The translations under genes were made by a program, and so were the position numbers. Shown here one piece after another: positions 14,193 to 21,904 of a DNA stretch of 62,424 nt; the first letter of the stretch is position 1, and each line of letters starts with the position of its first letter. The notes under the pieces were generated by a model, which had not been told where the DNA came from, did not search any database, and saw only the letters and a program-made list of their open reading frames with translations. This DNA comes from Candidatus Nomurabacteria bacterium (GTDB taxonomy: Bacteria; Patescibacteriota; Saccharimonadia; Saccharimonadales; Saccharimonadaceae): the NCBI GenBank assembly GCA_031280785.1, contig JAITGI010000042.1, positions 1 through 62,424 on the forward strand, given 5' to 3'.

Positions 14193-14624
14193 TTATTCCT
14201 TTGGCTCACCGACCTTCCTACCGTATCGTTTCAGAACATAATCGGCCATCAGGCGGCTCGCCTCTCTCTGTTGGGCATGTGGATCGTCTCTTGTTGTGGA
14301 AATTACTTTTTTAACCTTGTCGATCCATTCTTTCTCGATAATATCACCGTCGGCAGCAGCAGCCGGAGTTGAATTATCGTCCGCCGCGACTGGCTGGGGC
14401 GGTGGCGGGGTTGACGATGAAGGTTCGGGTTGCACTGTAGCGGGCATAGTAGCTTGACCCAAATGATCAACTGCCAACTGCTCGGCACTGGCTGATTGCT
14501 CTGGCGCTTGAATCGGCGCCTCTGGCGTCGGCAGTGTTTGCGCCACCTGTTCATGGGTCGGCAAAACTGGCGCCTCTGGTGAAAAATTCGGCGCAGCGTT
14601 GTTTGGTTGAGTTCCTGGTTCCAT
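14193..14624 (-). CDS. hypothetical protein, Pro/Ala-rich N-terminus with a structured C-terminal ~50 aa
   Basis: 143-aa ORF lying 6 nt upstream of the ATPase gene on the same strand. Confidence 0.55.
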   Translation of the reverse strand: MEPGTQPNNAAPNFSPEAPVLPTHEQVAQTLPTPEAPIQAPEQSASAEQLAVDHLGQATMPATVQPEPSSSTPPPPQPVAADDNSTPAAAADGDIIEKEWIDKVKKVISTTRDDPHAQQREASRLMADYVLKRYGRKVGEPKE

Positions 14625-14653
14625 ATCGACAATTATACCATAAGCCAGTTCGT

Positions 14654-15040
14654 TTACGAACGCCTAGTTATGAAGAATATTGCGACACCCTCGAATAGTA
14701 TAATCAGGACGACATATGATATCTGCATCTGCCCCAGGGAGTTCAGCGAAATTAACAACAGCGGCGCAAAAGCAATTACGGCTGCAAGGCGAACTATTTT
14801 TTTCTGCTGGTTGGCGGTATTGGTTTTTTCAATATCATCCAGTTTTGATCGTTTCTTGGCGCTCGCGGCGACTCTGCCGAGCAGAATGATAAAAATAAAG
14901 AATAACAGATAGACTAGAATCAATACCATCAGCAAACTGAACATTCCGCCGCTAGATGGGTCGATCATGTTCATGAGCAGCAATAGGGCGACCACAACAG
15001 CGAAGAAACTGATTATCAACGGCGCGGAGGATTTTTTCAT
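14654..15040 (-). CDS. small integral membrane protein (about 4 TM)
   Basis: 128-aa hydrophobic ORF. It is the first gene of the apparent operon with 14193-14624 and 11496-14186. Confidence 0.6.
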   Translation of the reverse strand: MKKSSAPLIISFFAVVVALLLLMNMIDPSSGGMFSLLMVLILVYLLFFIFIILLGRVAASAKKRSKLDDIEKTNTANQQKKIVRLAAVIAFAPLLLISLNSLGQMQISYVVLIILFEGVAIFFITRRS

Positions 15041-15085
15041 TACCGTGTTATTATATCATTTCTATTTGTTTTTAAACAAAAAAAA

Positions 15086-15190
15086 TTAGGTCCAAGGACA
15101 CACAATTGCGATATCTTTCGATAAACTCATCCGCCGCATTTATTTAATTACTAATATGGCGCGAGTCGCGTCAGTGGTCCAAGGACCTAA
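15086..15190. repeat. pair of 14-nt interrupted palindromes (TTAGGTCC-AA-GGAC / GTCC-AA-GGACCTAA)
   Basis: 15086-15099 and 15177-15190 share GGTCCAAGGAC and are mutually inverted (12/14). On the minus strand the second arm is followed by T8. A partial third copy (TCCTTGG) lies at 15345-15351. Confidence 0.5.
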
Positions 15191-16022
15191 ACTGACCGCC
15201 CTTACGGGCATATCGCGGAGCTGTAAGTCCGATAATCCGGATTCGCTCAACACGTATCTGGACCAGTCTGACGATACTATCGTCGTTTGATCGGAGCGAA
15301 GCTCAACGATCAATGCCTATCATGTATCGTCATTTCTGATCCAAATCCTTGGTCAGTCGCAAAGAAGGTGCTGGCTTTTGAATAAAAATGTTTATTTTTT
15401 AGCCTGATTTGAGGTTATCACATGACTACGTTTATGTCAATTTATTTTACATATTATATGTTGTGAATATTACAATTTTAGTATTATTTACAGAGTAAAA
15501 GAAAAAATCATGTATGTTGTAGGAAATACATCATATATTCAATAATATATTTCTATTTGCTAAATTTTCAACAATTTCATTGTAAAAATTATTACATTAG
15601 TTGTGTATTCAATTTTTGTTCAATAGGAATATGTTGCGTAAGTTTTTTATGCAGAATATTTTTAGAATTATTATTATATACATCGTCGCAAAATGGATCG
15701 CCGAGGCTGACTGGCTTTTTGGCTTTCGTGATGCTTTCCATATAAGGTCCAAAATAATTTTGCTTATTATTTTTTTGTTTGTTTTTACTAATGCGATCAT
15801 GCTCCGAAGCCCCACAATTTGTATTTTTCATTTTTTAATACGTTGCTGCCGTGCGGCAATGCGACATGTCATTTCACATTTTCGTAATTTATGATTTTCA
15901 ATACAAAAATATGAAGTCCTCTGCTGCCACCCCCGCTCAAATCAACATTTCGTTATGCTTGATTGACGCAATTAGCACGATTTTACACTTTTCCACAGGT
16001 GAAATTTTATCAAAAAATAGTA

Positions 16023-16051
16023 TTGACATAAGCATTTTTTTGCCATATTAT
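16023..16051 (+). promoter_or_regulatory. near-consensus sigma70 promoter
   Basis: TTGACA (16023-16028), 17 nt, TATTAT (16046-16051). Confidence 0.5.
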
Positions 16052-16057
16052 AGGGGT

Positions 16058-16156
16058 GGTTCTTGAACACATAAAGTGTTCAGGGATTACACAAAGACAA
16101 ACATCGGAAACAAATAAGAAATGGCTGTGGTAACTCTCGCGCCCAGCCATTTTTTA
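16058..16156 (+). ncRNA. candidate ~100-nt small RNA, convergent with ssrA
   Basis: Lies between the promoter at 16023-16051 and a hairpin ATGGCTGTGG..CCCAGCCAT followed by TTTTT (16121-16155). Internal hairpin TGAACAC-ataaa-GTGTTCA. No plausible ORF. Confidence 0.35.
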
Positions 16157-16188
16157 TTATAAAAAAATAATAACCGCATTTTGCGGTT
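16151..16188 (-). terminator. rho-independent terminator of ssrA
   Basis: Minus strand AACCGCA-aaa-TGCGGTT (16172-16188) followed by a T-rich run. Confidence 0.7.
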
Positions 16189-16198
16189 GATAAATCTT

Positions 16199-16583
16199 TG
16201 GTGGAGCTGCCGGGCATTGAGCCCGGGTCCGAATGGTAACGAACTAATTTTCTACGAAGCCTAGTTGGTTTCAAATTCCCTCGCCAAAAATCCATGGACA
16301 CCAACAAAGCCGACCATGGCGAGTCCGAAATGATTTTCATCGTGCCACATTACGGCTCTGTGGCAAAACTATCGACAAAACTATGACACCGACGCTGCCT
16401 ATGCCGAATCGGAAACGTCGACGGTCGCCAAAATTAAGCGGCGACTGGCGCAAAAGTCGGAACCTGGAACAGGCTCTTGACCTTCGCTAAAAAGTTAGAT
16501 TTTGCATCTATAACGACTGTAAAGTTGTCAACTGCTCGCAAATTAGCCTGTTAAAGTCCACTCGTCGAAGCAAATTCAGCCCC
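16199..16583 (-). ncRNA. ssrA: tmRNA (transfer-messenger RNA)
   Basis: 5' GGGGCTGAATTTGCTTCGACG and 3' GGACCCGGGCTCAATGCCCGGCAGCTCCACCA form an alanine-type acceptor stem with G3:U. The internal tag ORF is GCG..GCCGCTTAA. Confidence 0.93.
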
Positions 16584-16687
16584 ACGATACTTTTGATTAT
16601 ACCACACTTTACTGATTTCTGTCCATATATGCGACGGCACAGACGTCGAAGGTTGCATAACCTGAACATAACCGATATAATCTGTTT

Positions 16688-18190
16688 ATGATTGCGAGAG
16701 TTTTTTCAGCCGTCAACGTCGGCTACGACGGTAATTTAGTAGAGGTGGAGTGCGACGTCAACAAGGGGCTGCCGCGCCTCAATATCGTCGGGCTGGCCGA
16801 CAAAGCCGTCAACGAATCCAAGGAGCGCGTGCGTGGAGCGCTGGTAAATTCCCACATGAAATTCCCCGACGGTCATGTCACGGTTAATCTGGCGCCGGCA
16901 AATATGCCAAAGGACGGCACACATTTCGACCTGCCGATCGCCGTTGGTCTGATGGTTGTCAGCGGTCAGCTGTTGCTGAAAGCAGTTAAAAACACCCTGT
17001 TCGCCGGTGAATTGTCGCTCGACGGCGAGTTGCGACCAGTGACAGGAATTTTGGCTATCGCAGAAACCGCTCGGAAAAACAACATCGACACGGTCATCGT
17101 CCCGAGTGAAAACGCCGAACAAGCAGCGCTGGTCAAGGACGTTACAGTCATCGGCGCAAAAACTCTGATCGACGTGTTGCTGCATCTGATCGGCGAAAAG
17201 ATCATCGAGCCCACCCTGTCGCCCGACCTGGCAAAGAGCGTGCCGAAACGCGGCAACCACCCGTCAATCAGTGAAATCCGCGGGCAGGAATCCGCCAAGC
17301 GCGCTTTGGTCATCGCCGCCGCGGGGCATCACAATATCCTCTTTACCGGTCCGCCCGGCGCTGGCAAAACTATGTTGGCGCGAGCGCTCACGGGGCTGCT
17401 CCCTGCCCCGACCTATGACGAGCTGTTCGAGATTACCAAAATCCACAGTATTTCCGGCAACACCGCGGAGGTTATCCGCCAGCGACCGTTTCGCAGCCCG
17501 CACCACACCGCCAGTTTTGTGGCGATTATTGGCGGCGGCACCAAGGCTCAGCCCGGCGAAGTCTCCCTGGCGCATCACGGCGTGCTGTTCCTGGACGAAA
17601 TCCCGGAATATCCGCGCCAGTCACTCGAAGCTTTGCGTCAACCGCTCGAAGACCGCGAGGTGCATATCAGCCGCGCCGGCGCACGCGTGACTTATCCAGC
17701 GAATTTTATGCTGGTCGCAACCAAAAATCCCTGTCCGTGCGGTTTTTACGGCGACGACAGCCGCGAATGTGAATGTTCCCAGCAACAGATACTCGCCTAT
17801 CAAAAACGTATCAGCGGCCCGCTGATGGATCGCATTGATATGGTAGTCGAAGTGTCGCGCGTACCCCAGGACGAGCTGCTAAAAACCGCCGAAAGCGACG
17901 CCGGCGAAGAGGAAAAGCTACGCACCGAGATCGCAAAAGCTCGCGACACCCAGATGTTGCGCAATAAAAACAGGGCGAATTCGTCGCTCAGTAATAAACA
18001 AATTATCGCGAAAGCCAAGCTCACCCCCAATGCCGAGTGGCTGCTAACCACCGCCGCCGAACGCCTGAAATTATCTGCCCGCAGCTATTTCAAAATCATC
18101 AAAGTCGCCCGCACCATCGCCGACCTGAACGGCAACGACGCCATAACAGAGGCGGAAATTAGCGAGGCGTTGCAATATCGACAACAATAA
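16688..18190 (+). CDS. comM: YifB/ComM family Mg-chelatase-like AAA+ ATPase
   Basis: Lon-like N-domain, Walker A FTGPPGAGKTMLA, GVLFLDEIPE, and a C-terminal ChlI-like domain. Confidence 0.9.
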   Translation: MIARVFSAVNVGYDGNLVEVECDVNKGLPRLNIVGLADKAVNESKERVRGALVNSHMKFPDGHVTVNLAPANMPKDGTHFDLPIAVGLMVVSGQLLLKAVKNTLFAGELSLDGELRPVTGILAIAETARKNNIDTVIVPSENAEQAALVKDVTVIGAKTLIDVLLHLIGEKIIEPTLSPDLAKSVPKRGNHPSISEIRGQESAKRALVIAAAGHHNILFTGPPGAGKTMLARALTGLLPAPTYDELFEITKIHSISGNTAEVIRQRPFRSPHHTASFVAIIGGGTKAQPGEVSLAHHGVLFLDEIPEYPRQSLEALRQPLEDREVHISRAGARVTYPANFMLVATKNPCPCGFYGDDSRECECSQQQILAYQKRISGPLMDRIDMVVEVSRVPQDELLKTAESDAGEEEKLRTEIAKARDTQMLRNKNRANSSLSNKQIIAKAKLTPNAEWLLTTAAERLKLSARSYFKIIKVARTIADLNGNDAITEAEISEALQYRQQ

Positions 18191-18208
18191 TGTTGTAATT
18201 ATAATAGA

Positions 18209-19276
18209 CTAACCGCCCTTGTATTTCGCAACATCGATGCCTGCCCGCTTTGCCGCATCAGACGATAATAGCTTGACCAAGTTACCTATCGGCGTGTCAT
18301 TGTCCTTTATCGCATCCAATATTTTCGCGGGATTATCGATCAATTCTTTATATCGCTCTGTATACTTCCCGGTTTCAGGGTCAATCCTTATAATCTTATA
18401 CTCGCCAAAGAAATCAACATTTTCCAAATATTCTATCAACGCAGCTTCCCCGAGTTCGCTGAATAGTCTGAAAAACACTTGGTTATCATACGCTCGATTA
18501 TTGACACTGTCCGGATTATTAGTCACAAGTGACGAGCTCCGCTCGTTGCGCCCACCCTGTTCAAACTCAATCAGCCCGTCATACTGGTCCTTTGTAAGCT
18601 TTCCGTCAGCAAACATCTTCTCAATAAAAATCTTCTCGACCGACTTTGCTAACGCCTCGCCGCTGTCACTAGCAATTCCATAATTCTCTAATTCGCCAGA
18701 AGAAAACAATTTGTCCCTATCAGAGGCAACCTGGCAACTCTTTACGCCTGGAATGATTTCATCAGCCTCCATATCAGTTATCATAGCTGCTGCTTTCTCG
18801 AAAAATATTTTAGATTTATTGTTCCTCTTCATATAATCGTCAAAGTATTTATGGGCGAGTTCGTGGACCAAGATAATTTTATCGACAATTGCGCGAGTGA
18901 AAACATTACCGTCTTCAAAACCGTTACCGAGAGTTTCATAAAAAGTAGCTGGTTGACCCGCTATGTCTCCGTCATCACTAATCTTGATCGGTGCCTCAAA
19001 CCGGATGCCAACACCGTTTGCGTCGGCATAAATCTTTGTATCGTCTGATCGCTTAAAATTGACTTTCAACGGCAAATCTTCATTGAAAATCGTTGGGAAT
19101 GTCTCGGAGAAAAATGGTCTCAAATCGTTCTCGATCAGCCTGTCCATATATTCGCTAATCCGTATGTCCTGCCTCGATGTTTCGATGTTTTCTATTTCTT
19201 GATTTGAAAAATTCCACTGATTTTCGGGTTGCTCGATAATTGGCTTGTTAATTTCGTCACTTTTCCTGTTTGTCAT
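18209..19276 (-). CDS. hypothetical protein with HExxH metallopeptidase-like motif
   Basis: 355 aa with ILVHELAHKY. No signal peptide was recognised. Confidence 0.5.
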   Translation of the reverse strand: MTNRKSDEINKPIIEQPENQWNFSNQEIENIETSRQDIRISEYMDRLIENDLRPFFSETFPTIFNEDLPLKVNFKRSDDTKIYADANGVGIRFEAPIKISDDGDIAGQPATFYETLGNGFEDGNVFTRAIVDKIILVHELAHKYFDDYMKRNNKSKIFFEKAAAMITDMEADEIIPGVKSCQVASDRDKLFSSGELENYGIASDSGEALAKSVEKIFIEKMFADGKLTKDQYDGLIEFEQGGRNERSSSLVTNNPDSVNNRAYDNQVFFRLFSELGEAALIEYLENVDFFGEYKIIRIDPETGKYTERYKELIDNPAKILDAIKDNDTPIGNLVKLLSSDAAKRAGIDVAKYKGG

Positions 19277-19309
19277 TTCTAATTTTCTTGTCTTTTCATT
19301 ATATCACAC

Positions 19310-19996
19310 TTATGCAAAAAATTCAACCCACTCATCGGCTGCCGAATTTGATTCGGTGTTATCGCCCCGGGTAGACGCACCTGTATTCATTTCGTCTGCG
19401 ACCCCACCTTTCAGTGGCGACCCGACACGAGAAGGGCTCATCTCGTCGAGAACCCGCTGATTCTCGGACACAACGTTGGTAAACTTTGCGTCAAGTTCTT
19501 TTTTGACGTCAGGGTCATCAATATCGGCATAATTCGGATTTTCGATCAAATTACCGGTGGACCTATCATATGCACCGATGATGAATTTCGTATCATAGGT
19601 GCCACGTTCACTAAAATCATCACTCTTGCCCTCGTTATAAAAAACGCCAAATCTTCGAGTATCAAACGGCGATGGCGTATTTGTAGCCAGATATTCGTAT
19701 GGAAACCGAAACAGCACCACGAACTCGGCATCCTTGTGTCCCCAGTTATTCATCTCCTGCTTCATCTCATTAACGCTCTGCCACGCCCCGCCAAGTTGGC
19801 ACATATATAAGTCGATACCGTTATCCTTCGCCTTGACTCCTTCCTCAAAGATACTCTTCACAACATCTAACCCATTCGTGCCGTGACCAAAAGTTGCAAA
19901 CCTTTCGTCTTTGAAAAGATCTTCTAGGCTATCAATCGGAATTTCTTTCAATGTTTCTGCCGTTTCGTTTTTTCCATCTATCAGTTTTTCTGACAT
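19310..19996 (-). CDS. hypothetical protein
   Basis: 228-aa ORF with normal composition. It lies upstream of, and is co-oriented with, the HExxH protein gene. Confidence 0.5.
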   Translation of the reverse strand: MSEKLIDGKNETAETLKEIPIDSLEDLFKDERFATFGHGTNGLDVVKSIFEEGVKAKDNGIDLYMCQLGGAWQSVNEMKQEMNNWGHKDAEFVVLFRFPYEYLATNTPSPFDTRRFGVFYNEGKSDDFSERGTYDTKFIIGAYDRSTGNLIENPNYADIDDPDVKKELDAKFTNVVSENQRVLDEMSPSRVGSPLKGGVADEMNTGASTRGDNTESNSAADEWVEFFA

Positions 19997-20056
19997 TTTT
20001 TATTTTTCCTTATTTACAACGCTATTATATCACACCTTTACAGAAAAATCAACCCC

Positions 20057-20085
20057 TTGCCCCGTTTTGCCATTTCTGATATAAT
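20057..20085 (+). promoter_or_regulatory. sigma70-type promoter of the infC-rpmI-rplT operon
   Basis: TTGCCC (20057-20062), 17 nt, TATAAT (20080-20085). Confidence 0.6.
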
Positions 20086-20128
20086 GCCCCTCGTAATAAA
20101 CGCTTAACTATCGGAAAAGGAGTCAGGA

Positions 20129-20659
20129 ATAGTTAACAAATCGGTCCGTATTAACGGAGAGATTCGGGCGACCGAACTGCGGGTTATCAGCGAGAGCGGT
20201 GAACAGCTTGGCGTTATGAGCCGAGTCGAAGCGCTTGCCAAAGCCGAGGACGCAGGGCTGGACTTGATTGAAATCTCGCCAAATGCGACGCCACCTGTTG
20301 CCAAGATTATTGACTGGGGAAAATACCAGTATCAAAAAGTCAAGGAGCAACAGCGTAACAAGCGAAGCGCGCGCGCCAGCGAAGTCAAACAAATGCGCCT
20401 GGGATTAAAAATCGGACGGAACGATCTGGAGATTAAACTGCGCAAAATCCGCGAGTTTCTGGGCGAAGGTAATAAGGTCAAAATCCAAGTGATTTACAGA
20501 GGTCGCGAAATGGCTCACCAAGAAGTCGGTCGCGAACTGATGAACCAAATTATCGAGCTGCTCGCAGAGGACGCGATAGTTGAGCAACAACCTCAGATGG
20601 CAGGTCGCAATCTGAGTATAGTAATAAGGAGTAATAATGCCAAAGTTAAAAACGCATAA
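20129..20659 (+). CDS. infC: translation initiation factor IF-3, non-AUG (ATA) start
   Basis: The in-frame extension upstream of ATG 20216 reads IVNKSVRINGEIRATELRVISESGEQLGV, the conserved IF-3 N-domain. AAGGAG (20116-20121) lies 7 nt before ATA 20129. Confidence 0.85.
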   Translation: MVNKSVRINGEIRATELRVISESGEQLGVMSRVEALAKAEDAGLDLIEISPNATPPVAKIIDWGKYQYQKVKEQQRNKRSARASEVKQMRLGLKIGRNDLEIKLRKIREFLGEGNKVKIQVIYRGREMAHQEVGRELMNQIIELLAEDAIVEQQPQMAGRNLSIVIRSNNAKVKNA

Positions 20660-20831
20660 AGGCACCGCCAAACGCGTCAAGCGGACCAGCACCGGTAAAA
20701 TCCTGCGAGGGAGCGCCGGCACGCATCATTTCCAGATGCAACAGACCAAGCGCGGCAAGCGTGCGAAGAAAACCGATTCCGCCATCAGCGGCGGCATTGC
20801 AAAGAATATTAAACGAGCCATCGGGGCGTAA
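20637..20831 (+). CDS. rpmI: 50S ribosomal protein L35
   Basis: MPKLKTHKGTAKRVKRT... is the classic L35 N-terminus. Confidence 0.95.
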   Translation: MPKLKTHKGTAKRVKRTSTGKILRGSAGTHHFQMQQTKRGKRAKKTDSAISGGIAKNIKRAIGA

Positions 20832-20855
20832 GCGTCGCCGAGACAAGGAGAAATC

Positions 20856-21197
20856 ATGAGAGTTAAAAAAGGAGTCACAGCAAACCGTCGACACAAGAAA
20901 ATCCTAAAAGCCGCCAAGGGCATGCAGCATAATCGCACCCGCAGCTTTCGTCTGGCAAAACAGGCGGTGACACGAGCGTTGCAATACGCCTATCGCGACC
21001 GACGTAATAAAAAACGCGACTTGCGTTCCCTGTGGATCACCCGCATCAATGCTGCCGCCCGCGAGAATGGCACGACTTACTCGCGACTGATGACCGGATT
21101 AAAGGCGAAAAATATTACGCTTGATCGCAAAATTCTGGCGGAACTTGCTGTTGCGGAACCGCAAGCTTTTGCACAAGTTGTAAAAGCTACAAAATAA
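20856..21197 (+). CDS. rplT: 50S ribosomal protein L20
   Basis: [22 protein letters not shown]...[10 protein letters not shown]. Confidence 0.95.
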   Translation: MRVKKGVTANRRHKKILKAAKGMQHNRTRSFRLAKQAVTRALQYAYRDRRNKKRDLRSLWITRINAAARENGTTYSRLMTGLKAKNITLDRKILAELAVAEPQAFAQVVKATK

Positions 21198-21209
21198 ATG
21201 GGTTGATGT

Positions 21210-21242
21210 AAAAATCACCTCATTGGTTGAGGTGATTTTTGT
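21210..21242. terminator. bidirectional rho-independent terminator
   Basis: AAAAATCACCTCA-ttggt-TGAGGTGATTTTT lies between the convergent rplT and TM2 genes. Confidence 0.8.
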
Positions 21243-21497
21243 TTAGTCTTGCAACTCGGCGCCAGTAGCGTCTCTGTGCCACAGCGTGCCAGGTTTGCTG
21301 CATAAAATTAAAATGCCCTCGATCAAACCCCATAAAGCCGACACCCAGGACAAGAATCCAAATGACAAGACACTAATCAGCAGTTGCGCCACAGCCTTGC
21401 CAGTGTTGCCAAGATAAAAATTATGCACCCCGAAAACACCCAACAGGATCCCAAATAATCCCGCCGCGAGCTTTGATTTTTCTGATTTTTTCGCCAT
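21243..21497 (-). CDS. TM2 domain-containing membrane protein
   Basis: GLFGILLGVFGVHNFYLGNTGKAVAQLL. Start moved to ATG 21497 (GGAGGTAAAAATG). The longer ORF would overlap rnpB. Confidence 0.75.
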   Translation of the reverse strand: MAKKSEKSKLAAGLFGILLGVFGVHNFYLGNTGKAVAQLLISVLSFGFLSWVSALWGLIEGILILCSKPGTLWHRDATGAELQD

Positions 21498-21523
21498 TTT
21501 TACCTCCTGAATTTTATATATCT

Positions 21524-21896
21524 GGGCGTCAGACCAGCCGTAAGCCGGGTTCTGTGTCGACGCGCCAAAGCGCGCCGCGGCAATCATCTATCTAGCCACG
21601 CTGTTGCCAACATGATCTAGCGGGTTTTAATCGACCTGCTGACGAGCCGCCAGTGATCAAGTCTCCCTTGTAGCCGACAGGGTTTACCTCCTCCGCACGT
21701 CACCGTGCGTCGCTGTGGGCTCTTACCCCACTCCTTTCACCTTTTCCCTCGTCCGAAGACTTGGGTAGTTTCGTTTCTGTGGCACTTTCCCTAGGGTTTC
21801 CCCCGGTCGCCGTTAGCGACTGTCGTTGCTCTGTGCTACCCGGACTTTCCTCTGATGTATTTTCTACACCAGCGATTACCCTGTGGTCTGACGCGA
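21524..21896 (-). ncRNA. rnpB: RNase P RNA, bacterial type A
   Basis: Minus strand contains GAGGAAAGTCCGGG, GGTAAGAGCCCAC and ACAGAACCCGGCTTAC. P1 pairs GCGTCAGACCA (5') with TGGTCTGACGC (3'). Confidence 0.93.
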
Positions 21897-21904
21897 CCAT
21901 TATA

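Noticed and set aside
15086-15360. SRP RNA, 6S RNA or group II intron domain V identity for the structured region (the same question applies to 49177-49353 and 22751-22927).
   Set aside because: None contains the conserved SRP helix-8 GGAA/AGCA pattern, and domain V-like AGC/GNRA geometry is absent. These regions are left as unclassified.
15040-16198. Genomic island integrated at the ssrA 3' end.
   Set aside because: There is no integrase ORF. I could find no direct repeat of the tmRNA 3' terminus, only a loose GGTCC..AA..GG resemblance. It is reported only as a compositional anomaly.
16080-16340. 86-aa minus-strand ORF, and the 21700-21900 / 21761-22039 ORFs.
   Set aside because: They overlap tmRNA and RNase P RNA respectively. 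The structured RNA genes explain the sequence.
15370-16690. Possible chromosomal replication origin (AT-rich intergenic DNA near gyrB/gyrA).
   Set aside because: I found only isolated weak DnaA-box-like 9-mers (for example TTTTCCACA near 15988) and no cluster. There is no dnaA or dnaN nearby, and gene orientation to the right of the region does not switch consistently.
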